The position numbers were made by a program, and so were the translations under genes. 64,000 bases of DNA from assembly GCA_963422645.2 (NCBI GenBank), contig CAXXVO010000005.1:1-64000 (forward strand), in the 5' to 3' direction. Of this stretch, positions 28,214-39,551 are shown piece by piece. The notes below the pieces were generated by a model. That model ran no database searches. It was given only the letters and a program-made list of their open reading frames with translations, and was not told the DNA's origin. The stretch comes from Alphaproteobacteria bacterium. Its GTDB lineage: Bacteria > Pseudomonadota > Alphaproteobacteria > UBA828. The stretch's first letter is position 1; the number at the start of each line of letters is the position of its first letter.

Positions 28214-28839
28214 GGCTTGCTCCTTTCCTCTCTCCGGTTGGAATTGCGGTCCGGCCCCCGCCGCGCGGCCCTCCGGGCGCGCGGGGAATACGAGCGGCAT
28301 GACCGCCGCCTCCGGCAGGCGCCGCACGGGCGCACTGACGGGTGACGGGGGGAGTGAAGGGGTGTCGTTCCGCGTGCCATCGCATCCCGGTCCCGGGAGC
28401 GGCAGGCAGGCGATATCCGCGCGGCAACGCGATCGGCAGCGGCCGGCACATGCATGCGCGCATGCTTGCGGCGGTGCGGAGCCACGCTGATGCGGTGACG
28501 ATGACCGGAAAGCAGGAAGGACCGCGGCCGGCGCCGCCGGGCGCATCGGCGCGATTGCGCCATGACGGCCGCCGGGAGTGCGATGAGACCGGACCGCGCA
28601 GGCCCGAACGGATCGGCCCGTCCCGGCACGGCTGTCTCCCTGGTCGACCCGGCCCGCGACCCGAAAGGCGGGACCCCGGAGACGCCGGCGAAGACACTGT
28701 TCCGCCGGACGGGGCCGCTACCTCCCGGAGCTGCACGGAATCCCCCGTCCACGCGGCGTTCACGACACGCCCGGAAGAGAGCGCCGGCTGGATACGGACC
28801 GGGCAGGGCACGGCGGTCGGTCTCCCCGCCGCGCGCGCC

Positions 28840-29946
28840 TCACTCCGCCTGCCGGCGGGAACGGGGAGGACCGCCATAGTCGCGGTCGAGATCGCGGTAG
28901 ACCGTGTGCACGTGATCCACGGGATTGCCGGCGTCGGCGCCGCCCCGCGCGTCGTTGGCATACTCGATGACCATCGACGGCCCCTGGATGGTCCAGGACA
29001 CGTCGCTCCCGGCCGCGACCGGGCCGCTCCACGCGAACCGGATTTCGCCCATCCGGTCGAGAAACCGCTGCTTCCGCGCCCGCGCATGGGCCGCCGGCAT
29101 GAGATCGAACCACTGCCAGGCGAGCGCGAGAAGCGTCTCCTGCTGCGCCCCGTTCAGCAGTCCGCCGGGGATGCCGGCGGGCTCCGGGACGACGCCGTCC
29201 CGGCCGGGACCGACCCGGAGCGCGCCGCGCCTCTCGCCGATCACCGCCAGCGCGCGCTGAGCCGCCGTCAGACTGGCGACCAGCTCGCGCGCGATATCGG
29301 TCTCCGCCCCTGGCGGCCGCAGCTCCTTGCCCGCCACCTTGAACGCCTGCGGGTAGGTGCCGATGAAGCTGGGCGACAGCGAATACGCATCGCCGTCCAG
29401 CGTGATGTTGAGCGCGACGTGATGGCCGTCCAGCTGCACCGCCCATCGCGACGTCGCCGAAGGGTCGCCGAACACGGAGAAGCGGAAGGCCTCGATCCCC
29501 ACCCCGTCGTTCGGCTCGCCGTCGACGGTAGCGCGCAGATCGTCCCCCAGCATGACATCCCGCACCTTGCCGTAGCCCTTCGCGCTCAGCAGCGCCGCCA
29601 GAAGGTCCGAGAAGGCGCGGAGCCGGGCGTCGTCCAGATCGCCCAGCGCCACGCCGCCGGCCTGCCCGCGCACCGGGGCGTTGGTCCATCGGCGTCTCTC
29701 GGGGTGAGCCATATCGTAGTGCGCGGCCCGCCTCTGCCCCGCGTTCAGCGAATCCAGGAACCGGGCCGCCGCGCGCGCCATGGTTTGCGGCGAGCGGTCC
29801 GGCGGCGCCGGACGGTACGTCACCAGAACCGCGCCGGCGCGCGATGCGTAGCCCGTGGTCCCCGCATCGCCGTCCCCGGCGGAAGCGCCGACGGCCGCCA
29901 CCGCGAAGCATGCGCAGAGAAGAATTGATGCCAGCATCCGTTTCAT
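28840..29946 (-). CDS. DUF3500-family secreted protein
   Basis: Signal peptide; AARFLDSL, W.N.P, LLSAKGY.K, VFGDP, W..QLDGHH, HVHTVYRD...DYG. Confidence 0.8.
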   Translation of the reverse strand: MKRMLASILLCACFAVAAVGASAGDGDAGTTGYASRAGAVLVTYRPAPPDRSPQTMARAAARFLDSLNAGQRRAAHYDMAHPERRRWTNAPVRGQAGGVALGDLDDARLRAFSDLLAALLSAKGYGKVRDVMLGDDLRATVDGEPNDGVGIEAFRFSVFGDPSATSRWAVQLDGHHVALNITLDGDAYSLSPSFIGTYPQAFKVAGKELRPPGAETDIARELVASLTAAQRALAVIGERRGALRVGPGRDGVVPEPAGIPGGLLNGAQQETLLALAWQWFDLMPAAHARARKQRFLDRMGEIRFAWSGPVAAGSDVSWTIQGPSMVIEYANDARGGADAGNPVDHVHTVYRDLDRDYGGPPRSRRQAE

Positions 29947-30604
29947 CGCAACCTCCCCTCGACCGGCGCAGCCAAATGCCGCCGCCACTTATCGCCCGGG
30001 AGCGCTTGTAGCCCGATTCCTGGCCTCGGTCATCGCTCGAACGGGTCTCGGTCGCGCTCCCGCAACGCCGGCCGCCCGGCGACAATCCCGGCGCGACGCG
30101 CTTCCGCTGTTCCCGTTCCTGTGCCGCAAGATATGAGGCAGGCCTCGTGATGCCCGAGGATTTCGTGTTCAGCGCCAGCCGACTTTGTCGCGCGCACCCG
30201 CATTCCCGCGCCCGCGTGCGGCGACGGTCTCACGGGCAGACGGAACGTTTGCCGGCGACGGGCAACTGTTCGTTCAGGCCGTGGAGAATCGAGTCTCGGG
30301 ACGCAGGAAAAAGCCGTGGCTTCAGTGATGACTGGCGGCTGCGCCCGCCGACTTCACGCGCGGGGAGGTCGATTCCACGGCTTCGCCGAACAGATTCAGC
30401 GCCGAAACGGTCACAATGATGGACAGCAGCGGTCAGTGTTGCCTTGGTGATGACTTCAATGATTATCATCATGCTCCGGCGAGCGCCCTAGTTCACTCGA
30501 CAAACCATCCTGTTGTTTTATAGACCTAATTCTCTCCTATGTCCACCGCACCGGAGACCGCGTACACGTCCTGCACCACCGCTGGGAATACGTCAAGTAC
30601 GATT

Positions 30605-30830
30605 GCATCGAGCTGCCGGATTCGAAGACTGGGGGGCGGATCGTCCCGCTCGAGTCCGAGGCGCGCGCCGTGCAGGCAAACCTGCCTCGCGAGGGCGGCA
30701 ATCCCTGTGTCATCCGCGGCAGACTGCCGGGCTCCCACATCACCGATCTGCAGCAGAAGCCCTGGCGCCGCATCCGCGCGCGCCGGGCTGTAGGACGTGC
30801 GAATTCACGACCTGCGCCACTCTTGTGCGG
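30605..30830 (+). pseudogene. tyrosine integrase remnant
   Basis: LPDSKTGGRIVPL..GNPCVIRG..PWRRIR, then frameshifted DVRIHDLRHS; resembles 62658-63521. Confidence 0.7.
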
Positions 30831-31048
30831 CGTATATACCTAACCCACCGTATCTATTGGCATTACCGTGCCTATCCGGTTAGCGCAGACACCCACTACA
30901 TGTGGATGCTCCCACTCACGATCCATTCTGGTGACGACTTGTCCCTAGCGGGTGTATGTGACAAGCGGGTAGGCACGGGCATTACTTCACCGATACAAGA
31001 TCCGTAATCAAATAGTCACCGGATTCGATCGCATTCCAGTCGTCGCAT

Positions 31049-32498
31049 GATCGTGTCCCGAGCCGTGGTATAAGAGCCTGGCGTCCGTCGCGGTATCCGG
31101 CGGGCAGGGCCGGTTCGCTCAGGCTGCCACGGCGGGCAGCTTGACGGTGAGATTGTCGCTCACGGGAGCGATCGATTCCAGCGTCATGTATCTCCTCGCG
31201 ACGGCCCATTCGTCGTTCTGCTCGAGGAGGACCGCGCCGACCAGGCGTGTGATGGCGCCCTCGTCGGGGAAGATTCCGACGACGTTGGTGCGGCGCTTGA
31301 TCTCGGCATGGAGCCGCTCGATCGGGTTGGTCGAGTGTAACTTCCGGCGGTGCTCCCTGGGGAAGGTCATGCAGGCGAGGACATCGTGCCCGGCCTGGTC
31401 CATGAGGGTAGCGAGCCTGGGCGCCCTGGGCCTGAGCTGGTCGGCGATCAGGCGCCACTGCGCGCTTGCGGCCCCGGCGTCCTCCCGAGCGAAGGCGGTG
31501 GCGACGAAGGCAGACACCACGCGCCGGCCCTGGCGGCCAGCATGGGCGAGCAGGTTGCGCATGAAGTGCACGCGGCAGCGCTGGGTGGTTGCGCTGAGGA
31601 TCCGGGTCGCGGCGGCCTTCAGGCCCTTGTGGTCGTCGGCGATCACCAGCTTGACGCCGCTCGGCCCGCGCCGGGCGAGGCCGCGCAGGAACTCGGTCCA
31701 GAAGGTCCCGGCCTCCGACGCGCCGGTCGCCATGCCGGGGACCTCGCGCCGGCCCTGGTCGTTGACCGCCACCGCAACGGTCACCGCGACCGAGACGATG
31801 CGCCCGGCCTCGCGCACCTTCACATAGGTCGCATCCAGCCGGAGACAGGGCCACTCGCCCTCCAGCGGGCGCTCGAGGAAGCTCTGGATCTTGCCGTCGA
31901 TCTCGCCGCACAGCCGCGACACCTGGCTCCTGGAGATGCCCGACATGCCCATGGCCTGCACCAGGTCGTCCACCGAGCGGGTCGACACGCCCTGGATGCA
32001 GGCCTCCTGGATCACCGCCGTCAGCGCCTTCCCGGCCATCCGCCTGGGCTCCGGGAAGCCGGGGAAGCAGCTCCCCTTGCGCAGCTTCGGGATCTTCAGC
32101 TCGACCCTGCCGGCGCGGGTCTCCCGGACCCGGTCGCGGTAGCCGTTGCGATGGGTGATCCGCTCCGGCGAACGCTCGCCGTGAGCGGCGCCGGCAAGGC
32201 CCTCGACCTCAAGCGCCATCAGCCGCTCGGCCGCAAAGCCGATCATCTCGCGGAGCAGGTCGGTGTCGGAGCTCTTCTCCAAAAGCCCTCGCAGGGTCAT
32301 CATGTCGTTGGTGGTCATCGTGGTACTCCTCCGGTCGGGTGGACTGAGCAAGCCCAACCCTAAACCGGAACCGCGATGGCCTCCGCTGTGGATAAGCAGC
32401 CCGCCGCCGCCAGACTCGCGGCGGTCGCTGCGGCGGGCTGCTTACCCACAGCTGCCAACGAAAGCCAAAGCTCCTGCACCACGTGTGGGGACACGACC
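31049..32498 (-). mobile_element. IS256-family element (transposase ORF 31119-32357)
   Basis: [37 protein letters not shown] motifs; ends GATCGTGTCCC / GGGACACGACC. Confidence 0.93.
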
Positions 32499-33495
32499 AT
32501 AGGTTGTCCATCCGGGACCGAATCTCGGAAGCTGATGGGTGATGAAATCCTGTCAACGAACCGAGTAGAGAGCCCCGGATGAACGTTCATAAGAATGCAA
32601 AACTCGCGCCACGCGGTCGAGCCGAGATCGTGCGACGGGTCATCGACCAGGGGCAGACCCCGACGTCCGTGGCCACGGACGTCGGGGTTTGCGAGCGCAC
32701 CGTACGCAAGTGGGTCGCGCACTTCCGGGCCGAGGGAAGCCAAGGCCTGCAGGACCGCTCGTCACAACCGCATAAGTTGCGCCGGCCGACGCCCGCGCCG
32801 GTGGTCCGCCAGATTGCCGCACTACGCCGGCAAGGGTGTACCGGCGCGCAGATCGCAGCTCAACTCGGCGTCTCCACCGCCACCGTCAGCCGTGTCCTCA
32901 GGCGCCTCGGCCTCAACCGCCTGAGCGCGCTCGAGCCGGCCCCGAGCCGGTCCGGCGCTACGAGCGCGAGCACCCCGGTGAGCTCATCCACAGCGACATC
33001 AAGAAGCTCGGCCGCTTCGACCGCCCCGGACATCGCGTCACCGGCGATCGCACCGGCCAAAGCAACTCACGCGGCATCGGATGGGAGTATCTGCACGTCT
33101 GCATCGACGACCACTCCCGTGTCGCCTTCAGCCAGATCATGCCCGACGAGAAGAAGGAGAGCGCCACCGCCTTCCTCAAGGCCGCCCTCGACTACTACAA
33201 GAGCCTCGGCGTCAGCGTCAGCCGCGTCATGACCGACAACGGATCCTGCTACAAGGCCTTCGCCTTCCGCGACGCTTGCCGAACCCTCGGCCTCAAGCAC
33301 ATCCGGACCAGGCCATACACGCCAAAGACCAACGGCAAGGCCGAGCGCTTCATCCAGACCGCCCTGCGCGAATGGGCCTACGCACGTGCCTGCCGGAACT
33401 CAGGCCAACGCGCACAGCAGCTGCCGCACTAGCTCCACCGATACAACTGGCACAGGCCTCACGGTAGCTTGAAGGCTAATACGCCCATCAGCCGG
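32499..33495 (+). mobile_element. IS481-family element, degenerate and truncated at both ends
   Basis: MNVHKNAKLAPRGR, RYEREHPGELIH.DIKKLG, DDHSR, MTDNG, TNGKAERF; frameshift near 32940 and TAG at 33430. Confidence 0.9.
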
Positions 33496-34576
33496 CGCGG
33501 AAGGCGCCGATGCAGCCGACTCGAAAACTCTCCTCCTGCGCGAGCTTGCCGGGATAGATCACGAAGCCGCGCTCCGCGAGCCGGTCGTAGAACGCCTGGA
33601 ACTGCCAGGCGGGATCGGCCGGCGCGCGGAAGGTCACGATGATCGGGGCCTGGACGGCATCGCCCAGCAGCGTCTCGAAGCCGAGGCCGCGCATGCCCTC
33701 CACCAGGGTGCGGCAGTTCTCCCAGTAGCGGGCGAAGCGGCCGGCGACACCGCCTTCGTCGTCGAGCGCATCCAAAGCCCGGTCGAGCGCCGCGAGGATG
33801 TGGGTCGGCGGCGTGAAGCGCCACTGGCCGTTGGCCTCCAGACCCGCCCATTGCGCGTGCAGATCGAGGCTCACGGCGTGGGCGTTGTCGGCGCAGCCCG
33901 AGAGGTGGTCGGCCCGCACGATGACGAAACCGACGCCGGGCGCGCCTTCCAGGCACTTGTTGGCGGACGCCGCGAGGCTCGTGAGCGGCAACCGAGCGAG
34001 GTCGACGGGGATGCCGCCGAAGGAGCTCATGGCATCGACGTGCAGCCGGCGCCCGGCTTCGCTCACGGCAGCGGCGAGATCGGCGAGTGGATTGAGAATC
34101 CCGGTCGTGGTCTCGCAGTGGACCAGCGCGACATCGGTGATGTCGGGCTCGGCCGCGAGCCGCTCGGCAAGTGCCGCCGCTCTCCTGGGCGGCTCGGTCT
34201 CGCCGGTCTCCAGCACGCTATGGGCGCGGCCCGCGCGGCGGCAGATCTCCGCCATGCGCCGGCCGTAGGCGCCGTTGACGAGAATTAGCAGCCGGCCGTC
34301 GCGCGGGACCAGCGTGCCGAGCTGAGCCTCCACGGCGAAGGTGCCGCTGCCTTGCATCGGCACGCAGGTGAAGGCCTCGCCGGCGTTGGCGAGCGCGAGC
34401 AGGCGTCGGCGCACGCGCGCGGTGAGTTCGATGAACGCGGGGTCGCGCGAGCCCCAGTCGCGGTCCATGGCCGCGCGGGTCTCGGGTCGGGTGGTGAGCG
34501 GGCCGGGAGTGAGGAGGACAGTCCCGGCACCCCCGCCGGCTCCGCCCTCAGCGGGCGGCGGCACGGCCGAGGGCAT
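33488..34576 (-). pseudogene. phnW: 2-aminoethylphosphonate-pyruvate transaminase, C-terminus probably clipped
   Basis: LLTPGPLTT, DWGSRD, QGSGT, HCETTTG, DAMSSFG, SANKC, QWRFTPPTH; ends a few residues after FRVGCIG at the IS481 junction. Confidence 0.85.
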
Positions 34577-36215
34577 CCAGGGCTTCGGGCGTATCCACGT
34601 CGATGGTCACGGAGTGATCGGGGCTCTCGATCTCGTACACCGCGTCCGCATGGTCGCCGATCAGGTGGCGCGCCCCGACATCGCCCGAGAGGTTCCGCAT
34701 CTCGCCGAAGAAGCGCGCCGCCCAGAGAACGGGATTGCCGCGCTTGCCGCGATAGGTCGGCACGCCGATGGCGCGGCCCTCCAGCGGGTCGAAGCCCGCG
34801 ATCAGCCGGTCGATCAGGTCCGCCGAGGTGCGCGGCATGTCGCCGAGGCAGACCACGGCACCGTCGATCCCGGGGGCGCGCGCGGGGTCGAGCACTTCGA
34901 TGCCGCAATGGAGCGAGCTGCTCATGCCCTCGGCGTAGTCGGGATTGTGCGTGAAAGTCACATCGAGCCCGTCGAGCGCCGCTTGCACGCGATCGGCCTG
35001 GTGGCCGGTCACGACGACCACCGGCGCGGCCTTGGATGCGAGCGCGGCGGCCGCGACGCGGCGCACCATCGGCTCGCCGTCGACCTCGATCAGGAGCTTG
35101 TTGAGCGCGCCCATGCGGCGCGACTGCCCGGCGGCGAGCACCACCGCCGCGATGCGTAGCGGCGCTGCGGGGGCCACCGCCTCGTCCTTGCGTTCCGCGC
35201 TGCGCGGCGAGGCGCGGTTACGGGGCAAGGGCCGGCTCGGGATCTCCATCAGCAGGCCGCCCGCCCCCATGCGCATGATGTCGGAGGCGGTGATATCGAC
35301 GCCCGCGAAGATGCGCTGCAGCACCCAGTCGAAGCCGTTGAGCTTGAGCGAGCGGGCGCAGCCGGGGAGCCCGAGCACCCGCGCCTTGCCGAGACGCGCC
35401 AGGAGCAGGAGATTGCCGGGGTCCACCGGCATCCCGAAATGGTCGATGGCTCCGCCCGCCTCCACGACCGCTGCCGGCACCACGTCGCGGCGGTCCACGA
35501 TGGCGGACGCGCCTGCGATGAGGATGATGTCGCAACCCTTGCCGTGAAGTTGGCCCACCGCCTCCGCCACTTCGGCGCGGCTGTGGGCGCAGCGGACCTC
35601 GGCGGAGAGCACGCCGTCGAGCTGGGCTAGACGCGTCGCGACCGCGCCCGTGGTCGAATCGAGCACGCTCTCCCGCATCCCCGGCAGGCGGGTCTGGATC
35701 AGACCGACCGAGCGCGCCTCAAGCGGCGCGAGGCGCAGCATCGGCCCGCCCTCTTCCGCGATCTCCACGCAGCGATCGACGACCGCGCGCGCGGCGGCGA
35801 AGGGGATGACCTTGACCGTCGCCACCATCTGGCCTGCTTCGACCAGGGCGTGGGGTGCCACGGTGCCAAGCGTCATGGCCTCGTCGAGGAGGTTGAGCCG
35901 GTCCACCCGCTCATCGTCGATGAGGGCGAGCCCGTGGCCTTCGGCGAAGATGTTGCAGCGGCCGGTGAAGGCCTTGCCGAGCGTGAGCCCCGGCCCGGCG
36001 ACCGCGCGCGCGACGGCTTGCGCAGCCTCGTCCTCGCCCACGTCGTCGGGCTCCAGCCGCGCGCCGGAGACGGTCTCGATCTTCGCGGCCAGCAGCGTCT
36101 GGATGTCCTCTGCGGAGAGCACGCGCCCCTTCTTGAAGGCGCCGCCGGGCAGGCGGACGCTGTGGCCGAGGATCAGCCCTTGCGCCTCCGCGACCGGGAC
36201 GTCGCCGAAGATCAT
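34548..36215 (-). CDS. molybdopterin-binding domain / molybdenum cofactor cytidylyltransferase (MocA-like) fusion
   Basis: GMPVDPGNL, GLPGCARS; C-terminal LAAGQSRRMG..NKLL, LGDMP, RGNPV, GDVGAR, DVDTP. Confidence 0.88.
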   Translation of the reverse strand: MIFGDVPVAEAQGLILGHSVRLPGGAFKKGRVLSAEDIQTLLAAKIETVSGARLEPDDVGEDEAAQAVARAVAGPGLTLGKAFTGRCNIFAEGHGLALIDDERVDRLNLLDEAMTLGTVAPHALVEAGQMVATVKVIPFAAARAVVDRCVEIAEEGGPMLRLAPLEARSVGLIQTRLPGMRESVLDSTTGAVATRLAQLDGVLSAEVRCAHSRAEVAEAVGQLHGKGCDIILIAGASAIVDRRDVVPAAVVEAGGAIDHFGMPVDPGNLLLLARLGKARVLGLPGCARSLKLNGFDWVLQRIFAGVDITASDIMRMGAGGLLMEIPSRPLPRNRASPRSAERKDEAVAPAAPLRIAAVVLAAGQSRRMGALNKLLIEVDGEPMVRRVAAAALASKAAPVVVVTGHQADRVQAALDGLDVTFTHNPDYAEGMSSSLHCGIEVLDPARAPGIDGAVVCLGDMPRTSADLIDRLIAGFDPLEGRAIGVPTYRGKRGNPVLWAARFFGEMRNLSGDVGARHLIGDHADAVYEIESPDHSVTIDVDTPEALDALGRAAAR

Positions 36216-36225
36216 GGCGCGGAAA

Positions 36226-36936
36226 TCACTTGCTCTTGCCCTCGGGCGGCTGCCGGCGCACCTGCGTCACCTCGGCCATGATCGAGACCGCGATCTCGGC
36301 TGGGGAGCGCGCGCCGATGGCGAGCCCGATGGGGGCGTGGATGCGGCCGAGCTCGTCGTCGGAAAAACCTTTCTCGCGCAGGCGCTCCAGCCGCTTGCCG
36401 TGGGTCCGGCGGCTGCCCAGCGCGCCGATGTAGAAGACCGGCGCACGCACCGCGACCTCCAGCGCGGGGTCGTCGATCTTGGGGTCGTGGGTCAGCGTCA
36501 CCACGGCGGTGCGGTGATCCGGCACGAGCCGGTTCAGCGCGTCGTCGGGCCACTCGATCGAGACCTCGATGGCGGGGAAGCGCGCATCGTCGGCGAAGGC
36601 GCGGCGCGGATCGCAGACGATCACGGAATAGCCTGCGGCCTCGGCCATCCCCGCCAAGGCCTGCGTGATGTGGACGGCGCCGACGATGACCATGCGCGCC
36701 GGCGGGTTGTGGACGTGGACGAACCAGGTCTCGCCCCCCTCCTCCACCTGCCGGCTCCGGTCGGCGCGGAGGGCGTGCCGCGCCGCCTCCGCCGTCGCGT
36801 CGGGCAGCGCATCGCCCGCGGTCGCGCCGTCGGCGTAGACCAGCGCCTGCGCGCCACCGTCGAGAGCGGTGACGAGGGCGACCGCGCGGTCGGCGGCGCG
36901 GTCGCCGTTCAGCCGGTCGAGAATTTCGCGGCGCAT
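36226..36936 (-). CDS. XdhC/CoxF family chaperone (Rossmann part)
   Basis: IVGAVHI, LTHDPKIDD, YIGALGSRRT, APIGL.IGA.SPAEIAVSI. Confidence 0.9.
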   Translation of the reverse strand: MRREILDRLNGDRAADRAVALVTALDGGAQALVYADGATAGDALPDATAEAARHALRADRSRQVEEGGETWFVHVHNPPARMVIVGAVHITQALAGMAEAAGYSVIVCDPRRAFADDARFPAIEVSIEWPDDALNRLVPDHRTAVVTLTHDPKIDDPALEVAVRAPVFYIGALGSRRTHGKRLERLREKGFSDDELGRIHAPIGLAIGARSPAEIAVSIMAEVTQVRRQPPEGKSK

Positions 36937-36946
36937 CGCTATCCGC

Positions 36947-37297
36947 TCACTCGACCCGTTCGACCAGCACGCGAACGGTGCCGCCGCAGGCGAGCCCAAC
37001 CTCCCACGCCTGCTCGTTGGAGACGCCGAACTCGAGCACGCTTGGCCGGCCTGCGCCCATGACCTTGCGTGCTTCCTCGATCACGGCGCCCTCGATGCAG
37101 CCGCCGGAGACGGAACCCTCGAAGCGTCCGTCGCCATCGGCGACGAGCTGGCTTCCGACCGGGCGGGGCGACGAGCCCCAGGTCGCGATGACGGTGGCGA
37201 GCGCCACCTCCTTGCCCTCGTCGCGCCAGCGGGCGGCGGTGCCCAGAATATCCTCTCTTCCGGCCTCTTCCGGGTTCATCCGGCTTCCCTCCCTCAC
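36947..37297 (-). CDS. XdhC/CoxI family N-terminal domain protein
   Basis: ALATVIATWGSSPRPVGS, GSVSGGCIE, GLACGG. Confidence 0.9.
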   Translation of the reverse strand: MREGSRMNPEEAGREDILGTAARWRDEGKEVALATVIATWGSSPRPVGSQLVADGDGRFEGSVSGGCIEGAVIEEARKVMGAGRPSVLEFGVSNEQAWEVGLACGGTVRVLVERVE

Positions 37298-37327
37298 TAT
37301 GCCGAAACGCGGGGCAGCGGGCGCCCC

Positions 37328-38254
<927 letters not shown>

Positions 38255-38255
38255 C

Positions 38256-38723
38256 TCAAGAACTTTCCTCGGAAAGACGCTCGATCAGATCGGCGATCGC
38301 CCCCGGCTTGTCAAGGCGAAACGCCGGCCGGCGGCCATCCTCGGCCAGCACCCTGAGTGCCCGGCCGGGCTCGCAGCCGGTGCCACTCTCGACCGTGAGC
38401 CGCGGCGCCGCGTGGTCGTCGAAACCCAGCGCGAGCACAACCTCCGCGTCATCCGCGAGCGCCGAGAGTGCGTCCCTTCGCGGGGATACCGGCGGGTCGT
38501 TGCGGTGCACGCGCGCCCAACGCCGGCCGGAGACCACGACGACATCGCGGGCACCGGCGGCTGAATGCTCGTAGCTGTCCTTGCCCGGTGCGTCGATGGC
38601 GAGCGGGTCCGGGCTCGCCGCGATCACGGCGACCCGCCGCCCGCGCCCGGTCAGCGTCTCGATCAGCTGCGTCGCCATCGCGTCCCGCTCCTCGGCAGGC
38701 CCGGCAATCGCCACCACCACCAC
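38256..38723 (-). CDS. MobB-like protein with degenerate Walker A
   Basis: G.RVAVI..IDAPGKDSYEHSAAGA motif, but no GxxxxGKT. Confidence 0.6.
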   Translation of the reverse strand: MVVVAIAGPAEERDAMATQLIETLTGRGRRVAVIAASPDPLAIDAPGKDSYEHSAAGARDVVVVSGRRWARVHRNDPPVSPRRDALSALADDAEVVLALGFDDHAAPRLTVESGTGCEPGRALRVLAEDGRRPAFRLDKPGAIADLIERLSEESS

Positions 38724-38730
38724 GCGCGGC

Positions 38731-39513
38731 TCAGATCACGCCGGTGAACACGAGGATGAGCACCACGGCGACGACCACCACCGCCGCCGCCCAGGCCGCG
38801 GTGGGAAGCCCTTTGCGCTGCACCGCCGCCGGGAGCGGCGGACCTGCATCCGCTGCTGGGGCGCCTTCCGGCGGAGCGTCGGCAGGCGGCGCGGTTGGCT
38901 CCGGCGATGCCGGGGCGGGATCGGGCAAAGGCGCGGGCTCTGCGGACGGTGGAACGGACTCGGCGGGCTTGGCAGCCTCGGTTTCCGGGGCGGGGTCGGG
39001 CGAAGGCGCGGGCTCGTCGGGCGCGGCGGCCGCGGCTTCCTGGGCAGGCTGGGCGGCGGTCTCCGCGTTCTCGCCACCGCCGAGCTTCTCGGCGAGCTTG
39101 TCGAAGAACTGCTTGGCGAGCTTTTTCGCCGTCGAATCGATGAGGCGCGAGCCGATCTGCGCGAGCTTGCCGCCGACCTTCGCATCGACGTCGTACTGCA
39201 CCACCGTCGCGCCCTCTTCCGCCACCAGCTTGACCTTGGCCTCGCCGGAGGCGAAGCCGGCAGTACCGCCCTGCCCCTGACCCGAGATTGTGTAACCGTT
39301 GGGCGGATCGAGGTCGGAGAGGGTGACTCCGCCCTTGAAGGTCGCCTTGACCGGCCCGACCTTGATGACCAGCGTCGCGGCCATCTCGGTGTCGGAGGTC
39401 TTCTCGATCTCCTGACAGCCGGGCAAGCACTCCTTCAGGACCTCGGTGTCGTTGAGCGCGCGCCACACCGTTTCCCGATCGGTCGGGACCTGGAACTCGC
39501 CCTTCATCTTCAT
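38731..39513 (-). CDS. coxG: CoxG/SRPBCC family protein with Pro-Ala linker and C-terminal TM
   Basis: VWRALND..L..CLPGC, KVGPVKATF.G, VGGKLAQIGSRLI. Confidence 0.9.
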   Translation of the reverse strand: MKMKGEFQVPTDRETVWRALNDTEVLKECLPGCQEIEKTSDTEMAATLVIKVGPVKATFKGGVTLSDLDPPNGYTISGQGQGGTAGFASGEAKVKLVAEEGATVVQYDVDAKVGGKLAQIGSRLIDSTAKKLAKQFFDKLAEKLGGGENAETAAQPAQEAAAAAPDEPAPSPDPAPETEAAKPAESVPPSAEPAPLPDPAPASPEPTAPPADAPPEGAPAADAGPPLPAAVQRKGLPTAAWAAAVVVVAVVLILVFTGVI

Positions 39514-39551
39514 GGCCGCATCGCTCCCTGCCGCGCAGGCGTTCAGCGCCG

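Larger units (their letters stand above)
9166..31048. mobile_element. decaying conjugative island (ICE-like) with type IVB secretion and type IVb pilus genes
   Basis: Co-oriented operon pilN to icmT, excisionase, DUF2285 activator and integrase remnant. The left side is cut by the phage end; the right boundary is approximate. Confidence 0.7.

Noticed and set aside
9546-28637. CRISPR array interpretation of the 15-bp repeats
   Set aside because: The copies are short, irregularly spaced, in both orientations and inside genes. There are no spacer-length regularities and no cas genes.
30030-30600. Short ORFs in the lower-GC stretch after the DUF3500 gene
   Set aside because: No recognisable motifs or ribosome-binding sites. 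Probably intergenic or degraded DNA.
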